DNA from: Candidatus Hadarchaeales archaeon
GTDB lineage: Archaea > Hadarchaeota > Hadarchaeia > Hadarchaeales > WYZ-LMO6
Reading direction: 5' to 3'
NCBI GenBank assembly: GCA_038736355.1
Contig: JAVYML010000003.1
Coordinates: forward strand, 22,093-86,092
DNA: 64,000 bases
Below are positions 39,848 to 49,373 of the stretch, in pieces. The position numbers and the translations under genes are program-made. Position 1 is the first letter of the stretch; every line of letters begins with the position of its first letter. A model generated the notes under the pieces. The model saw only the letters and a list, made by a program, of their open reading frames with translations. It searched no databases and was not told the DNA's origin.

Positions 39848-41185
39848 GTGGTAGGGCTGAGCGTTCCTTCCCCCGTTCCCCTGTTCATCTTTGTTTTCAC
39901 CGTTTTCCTCATCTTTAGGCATCCCCTCTTCAGGATTCCCTTCACCTCGAAGTACTTTCACATAGACTACGGATGGGCGCCCCTTCTAGGAGTTCTCTTT
40001 CTCCTTTTCACTGGGTATGCGGATGTGGATACGATCGTGGGAGGAGTCGTGGGAAGGAATGGTTTTCATCCCTATTCCATCCTCCTCTTGATCCTTTCCC
40101 TCTCCTATCTCTGCGTTTCCCTGGACTATCGTGGATTTTTCGAGTATCTCTCCCTCCACATCACCCGCTTCTCGAAGGGATCCGGTAGGAGACTTTTTTT
40201 TCTCTTCTTTCTCCTCACTTCCTTCCTCACCCTTTTTACGGACAACGATATCGTGATCCTCACCATGACCCTCATCATTTTTTACATGACGAAAAAGAGT
40301 GGAGCGGATCCCCTTCCCTTCCTCTTCTGTCAGTTCTTCACCGTGAACACGCTTGGAATGGCCCTCTACATAGGCAATCCCACCAACATCATCGCCGCCG
40401 ATTCCATGGGACTTTCTTTTTTGGAATTCGCTAAGTGGATGTTTCTTCCCTCCTTGGTGGGAGCCTTCGTCGGGTTTGGATTCCTCTACGTCCTTTTCCG
40501 CCGCAGGATACCGGAGAAAGTGGAACTCCTCGATATAGAACCGAGTTCGGTGTTGAGGAAGGGAAAGGGTGTTTGGGTGGGGGTGGCAGGCTTGGCGGGT
40601 GCCATCCTTTTCATGTCCCTTCCTGCAGACCTCAGGAAGGTTCCCATGTGGGTGGGTGTGGCCTCGATGGCCCTCCTCCTCCTGATCTTCGATTTCTTTA
40701 CCTACGGAAAAAAAGTCCCACCCCTCCTTAGGCTCCCTTGGAAACTGGTCCCCTTCTTGGTGGGCCTTTTCATCCAGATGGAAGCCCTTTCCGCCTGTGG
40801 TTGGACGGATCTCCTGGCACCAGTCTTTTCTTCGTTGGGCGGTCTCCTTCCCACCCTCTTCCTCCTCACTCTCTTTTCCTCGCTATTGGCAGGAGTGATG
40901 AACAATCATCCCATGACCCTTTTCATCGTTAGAACCTTTCAAAGCCCAGAATTTTCCCCGCAGGGTGATCTCAAGCTGGCATCCACGCTCGGACTGATTG
41001 CCGGGAGCAACTTGGGAGCTAACCTCTTCCTCACAGGGGCCTTGGCGGGACTCATGTGGGCCAAGCTCCTTTCCGACAAGGGCTATTCCGTGACCTTCTC
41101 CCAGTTCAGCAAGTATGGGTTTGCCCTGACCCTTCCCGTGATGGGTGTGATTTCCCTACTGCTCTGGATAGAACTCCTCTTGTGA
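39848..41185 (+). CDS. ArsB/NhaD-superfamily permease (arsenite/anion transporter-like)
   Basis: GNPTNIIAADSMGLSFLEF core motif with ~11 TM helices. GTG start. Confidence 0.7.
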   Translation: MVGLSVPSPVPLFIFVFTVFLIFRHPLFRIPFTSKYFHIDYGWAPLLGVLFLLFTGYADVDTIVGGVVGRNGFHPYSILLLILSLSYLCVSLDYRGFFEYLSLHITRFSKGSGRRLFFLFFLLTSFLTLFTDNDIVILTMTLIIFYMTKKSGADPLPFLFCQFFTVNTLGMALYIGNPTNIIAADSMGLSFLEFAKWMFLPSLVGAFVGFGFLYVLFRRRIPEKVELLDIEPSSVLRKGKGVWVGVAGLAGAILFMSLPADLRKVPMWVGVASMALLLLIFDFFTYGKKVPPLLRLPWKLVPFLVGLFIQMEALSACGWTDLLAPVFSSLGGLLPTLFLLTLFSSLLAGVMNNHPMTLFIVRTFQSPEFSPQGDLKLASTLGLIAGSNLGANLFLTGALAGLMWAKLLSDKGYSVTFSQFSKYGFALTLPVMGVISLLLWIELLL

Positions 41186-41186
41186 T

Positions 41187-42209
41187 TCAGAGCTTCCAAT
41201 AGTTGCGCAGTAAACTCTTGAGCTCCTCCACAGCCTTTACTTCCTTGGGTGGAGGGGGAGGAGGACCCCTTTCCTCCAGCAGGACCTTCACCACTTCCAC
41301 CACGGCCTTCCCCATGCTCGAGGGGGCATAGCCACCTTCCAGCACCATCACCACCTTCGCCCCACACCTCTTTGCACCTTCCACGATCATCCCCGTCAGC
41401 CAAGCATAGGAGGAGGGGAGAAGCTCCAGTTGGGTGAGGGGATCCTCTTTCAAGGGATCCAACCCAAGGGAAACCGCTACCATTTCTGGTTTGAATTCTT
41501 CCAATAGCGGGAGGAAAATTCCCTCCATCGCGTAGGCATATTCCCCTTCTCCACTTCCAGGAGGGAGAGGGACGTTTACATTGAATCCCTCTCCTTCACC
41601 TTCTCCCAGTTCGTCTACGAAACCACACCAGGGATAGAGGGTACGGGGATCCTGGTGTAGGGAAAGGAAGAGGACTTCAGGATCGCTGTAGAAAATTTCC
41701 TGAGTCCCGTTTCCATGGTGGGCATCCAAATCTAAGATGAGGGTTTTCCTCAACCCCAAATCTTCCCTCATCCTTTCCACCATTATGGCGATGTTGTTGA
41801 AATAGCAGAAACCTCCTCCAGTACCCCTACCCGCGTGATGTCCTGGAGGTCTCAGAAGGGCAAAGGCATTCTTCCACTTACCAGACTTCACACCCTTTCC
41901 TGCCTCAAGAGCTGCCCCTACCGCTAACTTGGCAATTTCCAGTGTCCCCTTCTTCAGGGGGGTGTCCGAATCCAGTTCCATTTCCCTTTCCTCCATCCTC
42001 TCGAGGAGCTGTAGGTAGGAAGGTTCGTGGACCAGCAGTAAGTCCTCCTCCGTGCAGGGGGAGGGATGGATTACCTTTATTTTGGATGAATACCACCATC
42101 CCTCCTTTTTCAGCGTATCCACGATGGCCCTAAGCCTGCGCGGGGATTCGGGATGGTTTCTGCCAGGATGATGTTTCAGGAATTCCTGCGAGTAAAGGAG
42201 GGTGGTCAA
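41187..42209 (-). CDS. Histone deacetylase-family protein (acetoin utilisation / acetylpolyamine amidohydrolase-like)
   Basis: RPPGHHAGRGTGGGFCYFNNIA...ILDLDAHHGNGTQEIF is the HDAC signature. Confidence 0.88.
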   Translation of the reverse strand: MTTLLYSQEFLKHHPGRNHPESPRRLRAIVDTLKKEGWWYSSKIKVIHPSPCTEEDLLLVHEPSYLQLLERMEEREMELDSDTPLKKGTLEIAKLAVGAALEAGKGVKSGKWKNAFALLRPPGHHAGRGTGGGFCYFNNIAIMVERMREDLGLRKTLILDLDAHHGNGTQEIFYSDPEVLFLSLHQDPRTLYPWCGFVDELGEGEGEGFNVNVPLPPGSGEGEYAYAMEGIFLPLLEEFKPEMVAVSLGLDPLKEDPLTQLELLPSSYAWLTGMIVEGAKRCGAKVVMVLEGGYAPSSMGKAVVEVVKVLLEERGPPPPPPKEVKAVEELKSLLRNYWKL

Positions 42210-42874
42210 ATTATCCTAGCCTCCTCTATGAGGAGATAGCCACTGCTCCCCTTCCATATCTTCCTGGCCCTAACGATTTCGATCCTGCGTTTGGAAAAAG
42301 GGGAGGAAAGAACGAAGGTTTCGTATTCTCCCCCCTCCCCCACAGGATCAAAACCGTATCTCGAGCTCTTCTCCAGCAGCTCCTCCACACTCCTTTCATC
42401 CAACTTCCTCCCAAGCCACTCCTCCCCCAATCCCTCGGCCGAAACGGAGGTTATCATCACCTCGAAACCCTCTTCGAGGAGTTCTCTCAGGAGGGAAGGG
42501 CGACTCTCCCCCCAAAGGGGATGGAGGGCCTTGATTCCCAGTCTCCTACAGATTTCGTCCACCCTCTTGCGCTGGTAGTTGGAGGCCACCGCCCCACTCA
42601 CTATTCCCTCCACTTCGAGACCCCTTAATACCTCTTCCAGTTCCTCCATCTCCTTTTCCTTTTCCCCGGAGCTTTCCACCCCTAGGAAGGGAAAACCGGC
42701 ACATTCGGCGAAGAGTCCGGCCAACCTAGCGTTGGGATAGTGGAAGAGCCAAGAATCCTCCCTGCGGGGAAAGAGGGTGACCACCTTCTCTATCCTGTGA
42801 CCTTCCTTTACCACCCTCCACATCGCAAGGGCCGAATCCTTTCCTCCGGAGCAGAGGGCAGCAAGCCTCATCAT
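42206..42874 (-). CDS. dph6: Diphthine--ammonia ligase (Dph6; PP-loop ATPase MJ0570 family)
   Basis: AALCSGGKDSALAM is a PP-loop SGGKDS motif. ~220 aa. Confidence 0.8.
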   Translation of the reverse strand: MMRLAALCSGGKDSALAMWRVVKEGHRIEKVVTLFPRREDSWLFHYPNARLAGLFAECAGFPFLGVESSGEKEKEMEELEEVLRGLEVEGIVSGAVASNYQRKRVDEICRRLGIKALHPLWGESRPSLLRELLEEGFEVMITSVSAEGLGEEWLGRKLDERSVEELLEKSSRYGFDPVGEGGEYETFVLSSPFSKRRIEIVRARKIWKGSSGYLLIEEARII

Positions 42875-42904
42875 TCCTTTTTTATCGGATGGAGTAAATT
42901 CTCT

Positions 42905-43228
42905 GTGTCCCTCAGGCTCCCTCTAGCCCTTTGTCTGGTCTTCGTGGGTTCCTTCCTACTCTTGGAAGCCTCCACCCCCCTTCCCTCCTCCTTTTTGGAT
43001 TTCTCCCTTCTTTGCCTGGCCCTGGCTTCCATCCTCTCAGGCTTTCTCCTGGTGGAGCCTTCCTCTCAACTTTTTCCCTGCCTCCTAGTAGGTTTGGGAT
43101 TTTCCCTCCTCCTCCAAAGGGAAAAGGAAAACTTTTCGGAGGCAAACGAATGGATCTTTTTGATCCTCTCCTTTCTCCTCTTTTTCTTGGCTATCTTCTC
43201 TTACAAACTCCTAAGGCCGAGGAAATAG
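42905..43228 (+). CDS. Small hypothetical membrane protein (3 TM)
   Basis: GTG start. Hydrophobic ORF convergently overlapping the end of tctA. Weak call. Confidence 0.3.
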   Translation: MSLRLPLALCLVFVGSFLLLEASTPLPSSFLDFSLLCLALASILSGFLLVEPSSQLFPCLLVGLGFSLLLQREKENFSEANEWIFLILSFLLFFLAIFSYKLLRPRK

Positions 43229-44391
43229 AGCGTACAGGGAAGGAGGATTACCCCCATTCCGTGGGATCTCCTTACTCCCACCCTTCCAGGGAGAAGGCCT
43301 ATGGCAGTGGCCGTGAAGAGGAGGGGTAAACCGATTGGACCACAGAGGAAAAGGGTGAGGAAAAGGATGAAGAAGAAAATGGAAAGGCAGAGGATCCTGT
43401 AGGGAACTTTTGAGATTTTGGAGAAAACCAGCCTTCCCAGGGGAAGGACCAAGAGGGTGGAGAGAGCACCAGCCAGCAATGCCACGCCTAGAAGGGAGAG
43501 GAGTTCTCCCCTTCCCATCTCTAGGAGCTCCCCCACTGCTATCGCTGCTCCACTCCTAGGTTTGCCTATGGCGTAGAGGGCCACGAAGGAAAAGAGTACC
43601 TTCACCATGTTGACCACGCTCACCGAGAAGAGGAAGTCCTCCACCCTCTTCGAGCGGGTGAGTAGCTGGGAGAGCACCGTTCCCTCGGCGGGCCCTATTC
43701 CTGGAAGGAAGCCCGTGAAGATTCCGGCCCCCACTCCCGAGAGGAGGGGTGGAAGGGAAGGTCTGAATTCCCCTTCTACTTTCTGTTCTGGTAGCTTCTT
43801 TCTCGAGGCAAGACTCTCCAGCATCACGCTAGTTCCGAAGAGTCCGGTTAGGAGGGGCATGAGTACCTTGCCACCCAGGTCGAGCGTGAGCAAACCGAGG
43901 GCTCCGGAGAGAAGAAAAATGAGGAGGGACCAGAGCATGCGGTATAGGCTCCCTTCCGAGAGGATCATCAGGAGGATCACGGCAAGCAAGATCCATCCAA
44001 TGAGCGGATTCAAGAGCGCATAGATTCTTCCAAAGATTTCCGCTAGGAGCAGGGCGAAGAGCACGCCCATGAAGAGACCCCAGAGACAACCGGTAGTTGT
44101 GATTTTCAGGGAGAGATAACCCTTTCCTTCCAGCACCATTCTGTGGGAGGGGAGCACGGAAAGGGCAGTACCCTCTTCAGGAACTCCAAGGAAGGTTGAG
44201 GGAAGGTAACTGATGAAGGTTTGTACTACCGCCATGGTAACGACAACCATGGCCCCAGCGAGGGGTGGAAAGTGAAGGGAAAGGATAAGGAGGGGTATTA
44301 AGGGGGTAAGGTTGTTCACGTGTATACCCGGAAGGAGCCCGGCGAAAATCCCGAGCCCCATCCCCAGCAAGAAGCACAAAAGAAATTCCAT
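43201..44391 (-). CDS. TctA-family (DUF112) tripartite tricarboxylate transporter-like membrane protein
   Basis: Repeated GxxxGxLPGIxxxxG motifs (LGIFAGLLPGIHVNN; GIFTGFLPGIGPAEG). Confidence 0.75.
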   Translation of the reverse strand: MEFLLCFLLGMGLGIFAGLLPGIHVNNLTPLIPLLILSLHFPPLAGAMVVVTMAVVQTFISYLPSTFLGVPEEGTALSVLPSHRMVLEGKGYLSLKITTTGCLWGLFMGVLFALLLAEIFGRIYALLNPLIGWILLAVILLMILSEGSLYRMLWSLLIFLLSGALGLLTLDLGGKVLMPLLTGLFGTSVMLESLASRKKLPEQKVEGEFRPSLPPLLSGVGAGIFTGFLPGIGPAEGTVLSQLLTRSKRVEDFLFSVSVVNMVKVLFSFVALYAIGKPRSGAAIAVGELLEMGRGELLSLLGVALLAGALSTLLVLPLGRLVFSKISKVPYRILCLSIFFFILFLTLFLCGPIGLPLLFTATAIGLLPGRVGVRRSHGMGVILLPCTLYFLGLRSL

Positions 44392-44393
44392 TG

Positions 44394-45023
44394 TTAGTAG
44401 AAGTACAGATGGGTGTTCCTTTTCACCACTACTTCCAGTTTTCCTCGGTAAAGCTGTACCCTTCCAGCCGCCACGATCCTCTCTCCCACCTTCACCCCGA
44501 TGCTGAAGGGAAGGAAGATACTGAGTTCTTCCCCATCCTCTTCTAGGGTTAGGAGGAGGAAGTTCTCTCCCACCTTCGTTACTTCCTTCACCCTACCCTC
44601 TACCTTTACTAGCTTCCCCACTTCTTCCTTCCCTATTTCACCAACCCTGCGTGGAGCTTCCCTTTTGATCCTGATATCTCCAGGCTTGCTTGGGACCACT
44701 TCGAGCTCCCCCTTCCATTCCTTAACCTTTCCCCTCACTTCCACCCAATCCAGCAACTCTATTCTCTTCTCCATTCCTTTCCTCACCCCTGCGAAAAGGG
44801 GAACGGAAACGGTAAGGTTCTCCTCCCCCACTTTCAGGAAGAGATGTCCATCGGGATGCTCACTCAAGTCCATCACCCTTCCGGAGAGGAGGACCGTACT
44901 CCCCAACCTTTCCTTGGTGAGGGAGGAAACCTCAAGCCTTTCCGGTTCGGAGAGCCTGAACCCCAGGTAAATCAGGAGAAGTCCCATGACCGCACAGATC
45001 AAGATCAACTTTTCCGTTTTCAT
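44394..45023 (-). CDS. Membrane-anchored protein with two OB-fold (tRNA-anticodon-like) domains
   Basis: N-terminal TM helix, then two repeats of a ...VLLSGRV.. / ..VKVEGRVKEV.. pattern typical of OB-fold nucleic-acid/ligand-binding domains. Immediately upstream of tctA. Confidence 0.5.
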   Translation of the reverse strand: MKTEKLILICAVMGLLLIYLGFRLSEPERLEVSSLTKERLGSTVLLSGRVMDLSEHPDGHLFLKVGEENLTVSVPLFAGVRKGMEKRIELLDWVEVRGKVKEWKGELEVVPSKPGDIRIKREAPRRVGEIGKEEVGKLVKVEGRVKEVTKVGENFLLLTLEEDGEELSIFLPFSIGVKVGERIVAAGRVQLYRGKLEVVVKRNTHLYFY

Positions 45024-45075
45024 CGGTCGGGATGGGGAGTAAGTTTTTTATAAGGAGAAAAAACGAACGGAAACT

Positions 45076-46395
45076 ATGAACAGGTGGATTTGTCCCCTTC
45101 TCTCCTCCCTCCTTCTTCTTTTCCTCCTTCCTCCCTCCTTCGCCGGTTCTTCTGTCTATTCCTTCCAAGCCACCTACAGGCTCACCAACACCAGTTCCTC
45201 CGAAGTAGAGGGTTGGCTAGAGGTCTTTGCCTTTGACAACGAGAACTTCGGGTGGGATTTCCAAGTGGTACTGGAAGAGAACTTCTCTCCCATGCCGCAA
45301 GAGTTTCGCGGGGAGGATAATAGGATCTTGAAGTTCCTTTTGGGAAAGCTTCCTCCAGGAAGTTGGAAGGAGGTCCGCCTAATCCAGCTCCTGAGGGTGA
45401 AAGGAAGGAAGTGGGAAAGGCTGGAGGGGGAGGGGGAAATCCCACAAGAGCTCCTGAAGTTCACGGTCCCCGTCCCGAACCTCTGGGAGGATGCTCCGGA
45501 GTTGAAGGAGAAGGCGGAGGAGTTGAGGGGGGAAACCCCCTATTTGACCGCCAAGAACCTCTTCGAGTTCGTGAAAAACCATCTGAGTTATGTCAAATGG
45601 GCTCAGGATCAGAGTGCCCTTCAGGCCTATCGAAGCCGTGTGGGAAAGTGTACGGAGTTCACCAACCTCTTCATTGCGCTGGCTAGGCTCTCCGGTCTTC
45701 CCGCCAAGTTCCTAGCTGGATATGGCTACAACTCCAAGCTGGGTGAAAACGCCGAGGAAATGGGGCATGCCTTTGCAATCCTGTACCTCCCGGGTGTGGG
45801 ATGGGTGCCGGTGGACGAGACTTGGATGGGAGGACAGTTTGGGGAACTGGGGGAGGATCATCTCATCCTCTTCTCCAGCGATGGTTCCAATTTGGTAAAG
45901 AACGGAAGGGTGAGCATTCCGGGTGAGAAATGGAGTGGGGGAACGAAGCTGGAAAAATTCCTCTACCTTTACAGGGAGGCAGCGGTGGAAGCGGACCTGA
46001 AGAGAGGGGGACTGGAGAATGGAAAAATAGCAGTGATGGTAACTCTGAGAAATACTGGCAGGAGCATTCTCGAAGATCTAACCGTGCGCTTGGAAGTGGA
46101 GGAGGACTCTTTCCGTCCCGTGGCCCCACAGATGGTGAAGAGGCTGTCTCCCAGGGAGGAGGTGGAGGTGGATTTCTACTTGGAGCCCTTGAGGGGAGCG
46201 GAGAATTCTCCCTTGAGGGCAGAGGTATGGGCCCGCAGCCCCTATGGGGAGGTTTCCTCGGAGAGCACCATGTTCCTTACGGTGGTTATCGAACCCGCAC
46301 CTTCCCCACTCCCTCTGCCCTCCGAGCTCCTTCTATCCGCGGTAGCAGGGTTAGTGGTGGTAGTAGTCCTGATCCTTCTCCTCAAACGCCGCTGA
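45076..46395 (+). CDS. Secreted transglutaminase-like cysteine protease-fold protein with C-terminal TM anchor
   Basis: Signal peptide (LLSSLLLLFLLPPSFAGSS). Cys-His-Asp triad GKCTEFTNLF...GHAFAILYLPGVGWVPVD. C-terminal hydrophobic anchor followed by KRR. Confidence 0.75.
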   Translation: MNRWICPLLSSLLLLFLLPPSFAGSSVYSFQATYRLTNTSSSEVEGWLEVFAFDNENFGWDFQVVLEENFSPMPQEFRGEDNRILKFLLGKLPPGSWKEVRLIQLLRVKGRKWERLEGEGEIPQELLKFTVPVPNLWEDAPELKEKAEELRGETPYLTAKNLFEFVKNHLSYVKWAQDQSALQAYRSRVGKCTEFTNLFIALARLSGLPAKFLAGYGYNSKLGENAEEMGHAFAILYLPGVGWVPVDETWMGGQFGELGEDHLILFSSDGSNLVKNGRVSIPGEKWSGGTKLEKFLYLYREAAVEADLKRGGLENGKIAVMVTLRNTGRSILEDLTVRLEVEEDSFRPVAPQMVKRLSPREEVEVDFYLEPLRGAENSPLRAEVWARSPYGEVSSESTMFLTVVIEPAPSPLPLPSELLLSAVAGLVVVVVLILLLKRR

Positions 46396-46434
46396 TTTCT
46401 CCGTTTTAAAATTCCTCCATCTCAAACAACTCCG

Positions 46435-46590
46435 ATGGGTTCGCTCCCCTTTCTTCTCCTCCTAGCGGTCCTTTGGTATCTTTTCGTCTGGCAGAAGGGA
46501 AAGCTGGTAGAAAGAAGGAACGACCTCTTACAGGCCCTACGAAGGGTGGAGGAGGATCTGCGCAGGGCCTTGGAGGGAGAGCATGCATGA
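46435..46590 (+). CDS. Small (51 aa) membrane-anchored hypothetical protein
   Basis: MGSLPFLLLLAVLWYLFVWQKGK... is an N-terminal TM helix followed by a charged helical tail. Not a class III (pilin) signal. Confidence 0.35.
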   Translation: MGSLPFLLLLAVLWYLFVWQKGKLVERRNDLLQALRRVEEDLRRALEGEHA

Positions 46591-47125
46591 GGAACTTTTG
46601 AGAAGGGTGGAAAAGTTGGCGGGGGAGGAAAGGCTTTCTCCATCTTTCTTTGATGGGATTCTGGAACTGCTTTTGGAAATAAGGTCCAGACCTTCCCTTA
46701 GCTCCGATCCGGAGATAGCATCGGTTCTCCAGTGGATGGAGGAACTGAGCTTCAGGCTGAAGGATTCCGATAGGGGTTGCAGGTCTGGCTTTCTCAGGGA
46801 GGAGTGGAGGAGGATTAGGATTTACGAGTTCAGGAGGTTGAAGGAGGGTCTCTCAGTGTTGGAAAAAAGGTTGAGGGAACGTCTACGAGGAGACCCTCCC
46901 TTGGAGCTGAGAAGGTTGGTGGAAGAAATGAGGGAGGAGGGCGCGATAAGGGAAACCACTTGGGCCCTCCTGCTTTCCTCCCCTTGGGGTAAGAGGGAAA
47001 TGGAAAGGAGGGAAGTGAAGGAAGCCCTCCTCAGGGTCCTGCGCCTCTTCTCGGAGTTTAGGGAGTTGAGGAGGGAAAACCGTGGGATGGAGAAAAAAGA
47101 CTTCGGTGCTGGTGGAGCACGGTAG
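46583..47125 (+). CDS. Hypothetical coiled-coil protein (180 aa, Arg/Glu-rich)
   Basis: ORF with a periodic charged helix pattern. The ATG overlaps the stop of the previous small ORF. Confidence 0.4.
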   Translation: MHEELLRRVEKLAGEERLSPSFFDGILELLLEIRSRPSLSSDPEIASVLQWMEELSFRLKDSDRGCRSGFLREEWRRIRIYEFRRLKEGLSVLEKRLRERLRGDPPLELRRLVEEMREEGAIRETTWALLLSSPWGKREMERREVKEALLRVLRLFSEFRELRRENRGMEKKDFGAGGAR

Positions 47126-47240
47126 ATGGATTTCTCAACTCCTCAACGACTTCAGGGTGTTGGAGCAGCGCTTGGAGCACTTGGAAAAAAGGGTTGGAAT
47201 GCTGGAGGAGTGTCTCCGCCGTCTTTTGGAGGGAAAATGA

Positions 47241-49373
47241 TTGGTTTGTGGTTTCAGGATCCTGAGATTTGGCAGGAAGAGGGTTCTGCGCTTCGAATGC
47301 GAAACCTGTGGGGAGAGTGCAGATCCGGGGCTCTCCAGCAAGTGCATGGAGGGCTTGCTTCGGGGACTGGCTGATTGCCCCGAGGTAGAAGAGGTACAGT
47401 TTCCCGGAGCCTACGAGAAGGAATATGCGGGGGAAGAACTGAAGGGTCTGAAAAAGCTAGCTTTTCTCCTTTTCGACTGGGAACTCAGAGCAATGATGAA
47501 AACTTGTGTGGGATGTGGAAGATGCGAGGGGGAGAGGAAGAACCTCCTCTCTTCTCTTTCCTCCCGTCTTTCCCTTTCTCCCCTTCAGGCCAAGGAGAAA
47601 TTGAGGGGTTTTCTCGGGGAGATGGAGGCCCTATCCAAAGGGGGAAGTGGGAAATGCAGGGAATGCCGTTCCTTCTTCCTAAAGGAGTTCTTGCGCCCCA
47701 TGTGGGAAGAACTGAGAAAAACTTGTGAGGAGGTCTTCAGGGAGGGAAGGCTTGCCGGGCCCAAACTCCGCCCTTCTTTCATGTTCTCCAAGCTGAGGAT
47801 GGATCCTCCACTTGGCTCGGAGCCTGTAGAGGAATACAGCTTGCCAGGAGGAAAGGTGAAAATTTACAGATATCCTCCCACTTCTCAGTTCCTCTACTTC
47901 CTCTTTCCCAACGAGTGTTTTCTTCCTCCGGACTTCGTGAGGCTTCTCCACGAGCTCAGGGAAAACCTCTTCCGGGATCCTCCTTCTTTAGAGGGTGACA
48001 GGGAAGTTCTGGAGGAAAAGATCAGGAGACTGTCGGCGAAGAGGATAGCGGAGGAGATGGGGAGGAGGGGTTGGAGGACTGGAAAGGAAGAGATATACCG
48101 TCTTTCGGAGTCCCTGACCAGGTTTACCGTGGGTTTTGGAGTGCTGGAACTCCTTTTCTCGGACGAGAAGGTCCAAGATATCTATCTGGATGCCCCACCC
48201 GGAGAGACCCCCATTCACCTTTACCATCAGGATTTCGAGGAGTGTCTCACGAACGTTTATCCTTCGGAGGAGGAAGCGGAGCTTTTGGTTTCAAGGTTGA
48301 GGGCCCTAAGCGGCAGACCCTTTTCCGAGGCTGATCCCGTACTGGAGGCAGAGCTTGGGGAAGTGAGGATTACGGCTATAGGACCTCCCCTCAGCCCGGA
48401 AGGAAAGGCCTTTTCCTTCAGGAAACACCGCTCCTCTCCCTGGACCCTCCCCCAGTTTGTGAAAATGGGTTTTCTCGATTCTTCCACGGCTTCTCTCCTT
48501 AGCCTCTTAGTGGATGCACAGGCTTCCCTTCTCCTGACGGGTACGAGGGGCTCGGGCAAGACTTCCCTCCTCACGAGTCTCCTCTTCGAACTTCCTCCCA
48601 AGTTGAGGATTCTCCTGCTCGAGGACACGGCCGAGCTTCCCTCTGCCTTTCTTCGCGCGTTGGGATTCAAGGTACAGACTCTTCGCATACGTTCACCGAT
48701 AGGTAGAACAGAAGTTGAACCCTCTGCGGAGGAGGCCCTGCGGACCGCCCTTAGGCTCGGAGAATCCGTGTTGGTGGTGGGAGAAGTAAGGGGCCCCGAG
48801 GCCAGAACCCTCTTCGAAGCGATGAGGGTGGGGGCGGCGGGGAACTGCGTGATGGGAACCATCCACGGGGCCAATGCGCGGGAAGTCTTCGAGAGGGTGG
48901 TTCATGACTTGGGAGTGCAGCCCTCTTCTTTCATGGCCGTGGATGCCGTGGTGTCAACTGCTCCCATCAGGCCCCTCGGAGGGATGAAGAAGAGGAGGAA
49001 GGTAGTGCAGGTGGCGGAGGTGGTGAAGGGGAAGGAGGGAGAGTTCAGGGAACTGGTGAGGTATGAGGTGGGGAGGGATAGATTCGTAATGAAGGGATGG
49101 AAGGCCTCAGAGCTCCTTCGTTCCGTGGCGAGGAAGTGGGGAATGGATCTCCGTACTCTCCTGTCCTATTGGAGGTTGAAGGAGAAGCTTCTCAGAACGC
49201 TCGTGGAGGCGAGTTCGAGGAAGGGGAGACCGGAGCTTCTGGAGGCTAGGTTCCTCTTCCGCTCCAATCAGAGGTTTAGGCTGCTTTGGGAGGAAGAAGT
49301 GGAGGGGGGAAGGCCCCTTCCCGAGAGAGTGGAAAAGAGGTGGAAGGAATGGTTGAGAAAAGCAGTCGAGTGA
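47241..49373 (+). CDS. Type IV pilus / archaellum-type secretion ATPase (FlaI/ArlI/TadA/VirB11 family) with a Cys-rich N-terminal extension of ~160 aa
   Basis: Walker A LLLTGTRGSGKTSLLTSLL, Walker B / Asp box ILLLEDTAEL, His box VVGEVRGPEARTLFEAMRVGAAGNCVMGTIHGANA. The N-terminal 160 aa carries four Cys pairs (FECETCGE, CMEG...ADCPE, KTCVGCGRCEGE, GKCRECRSF). Start is TTG at 47241. Confidence 0.8.
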   Translation: MVCGFRILRFGRKRVLRFECETCGESADPGLSSKCMEGLLRGLADCPEVEEVQFPGAYEKEYAGEELKGLKKLAFLLFDWELRAMMKTCVGCGRCEGERKNLLSSLSSRLSLSPLQAKEKLRGFLGEMEALSKGGSGKCRECRSFFLKEFLRPMWEELRKTCEEVFREGRLAGPKLRPSFMFSKLRMDPPLGSEPVEEYSLPGGKVKIYRYPPTSQFLYFLFPNECFLPPDFVRLLHELRENLFRDPPSLEGDREVLEEKIRRLSAKRIAEEMGRRGWRTGKEEIYRLSESLTRFTVGFGVLELLFSDEKVQDIYLDAPPGETPIHLYHQDFEECLTNVYPSEEEAELLVSRLRALSGRPFSEADPVLEAELGEVRITAIGPPLSPEGKAFSFRKHRSSPWTLPQFVKMGFLDSSTASLLSLLVDAQASLLLTGTRGSGKTSLLTSLLFELPPKLRILLLEDTAELPSAFLRALGFKVQTLRIRSPIGRTEVEPSAEEALRTALRLGESVLVVGEVRGPEARTLFEAMRVGAAGNCVMGTIHGANAREVFERVVHDLGVQPSSFMAVDAVVSTAPIRPLGGMKKRRKVVQVAEVVKGKEGEFRELVRYEVGRDRFVMKGWKASELLRSVARKWGMDLRTLLSYWRLKEKLLRTLVEASSRKGRPELLEARFLFRSNQRFRLLWEEEVEGGRPLPERVEKRWKEWLRKAVE

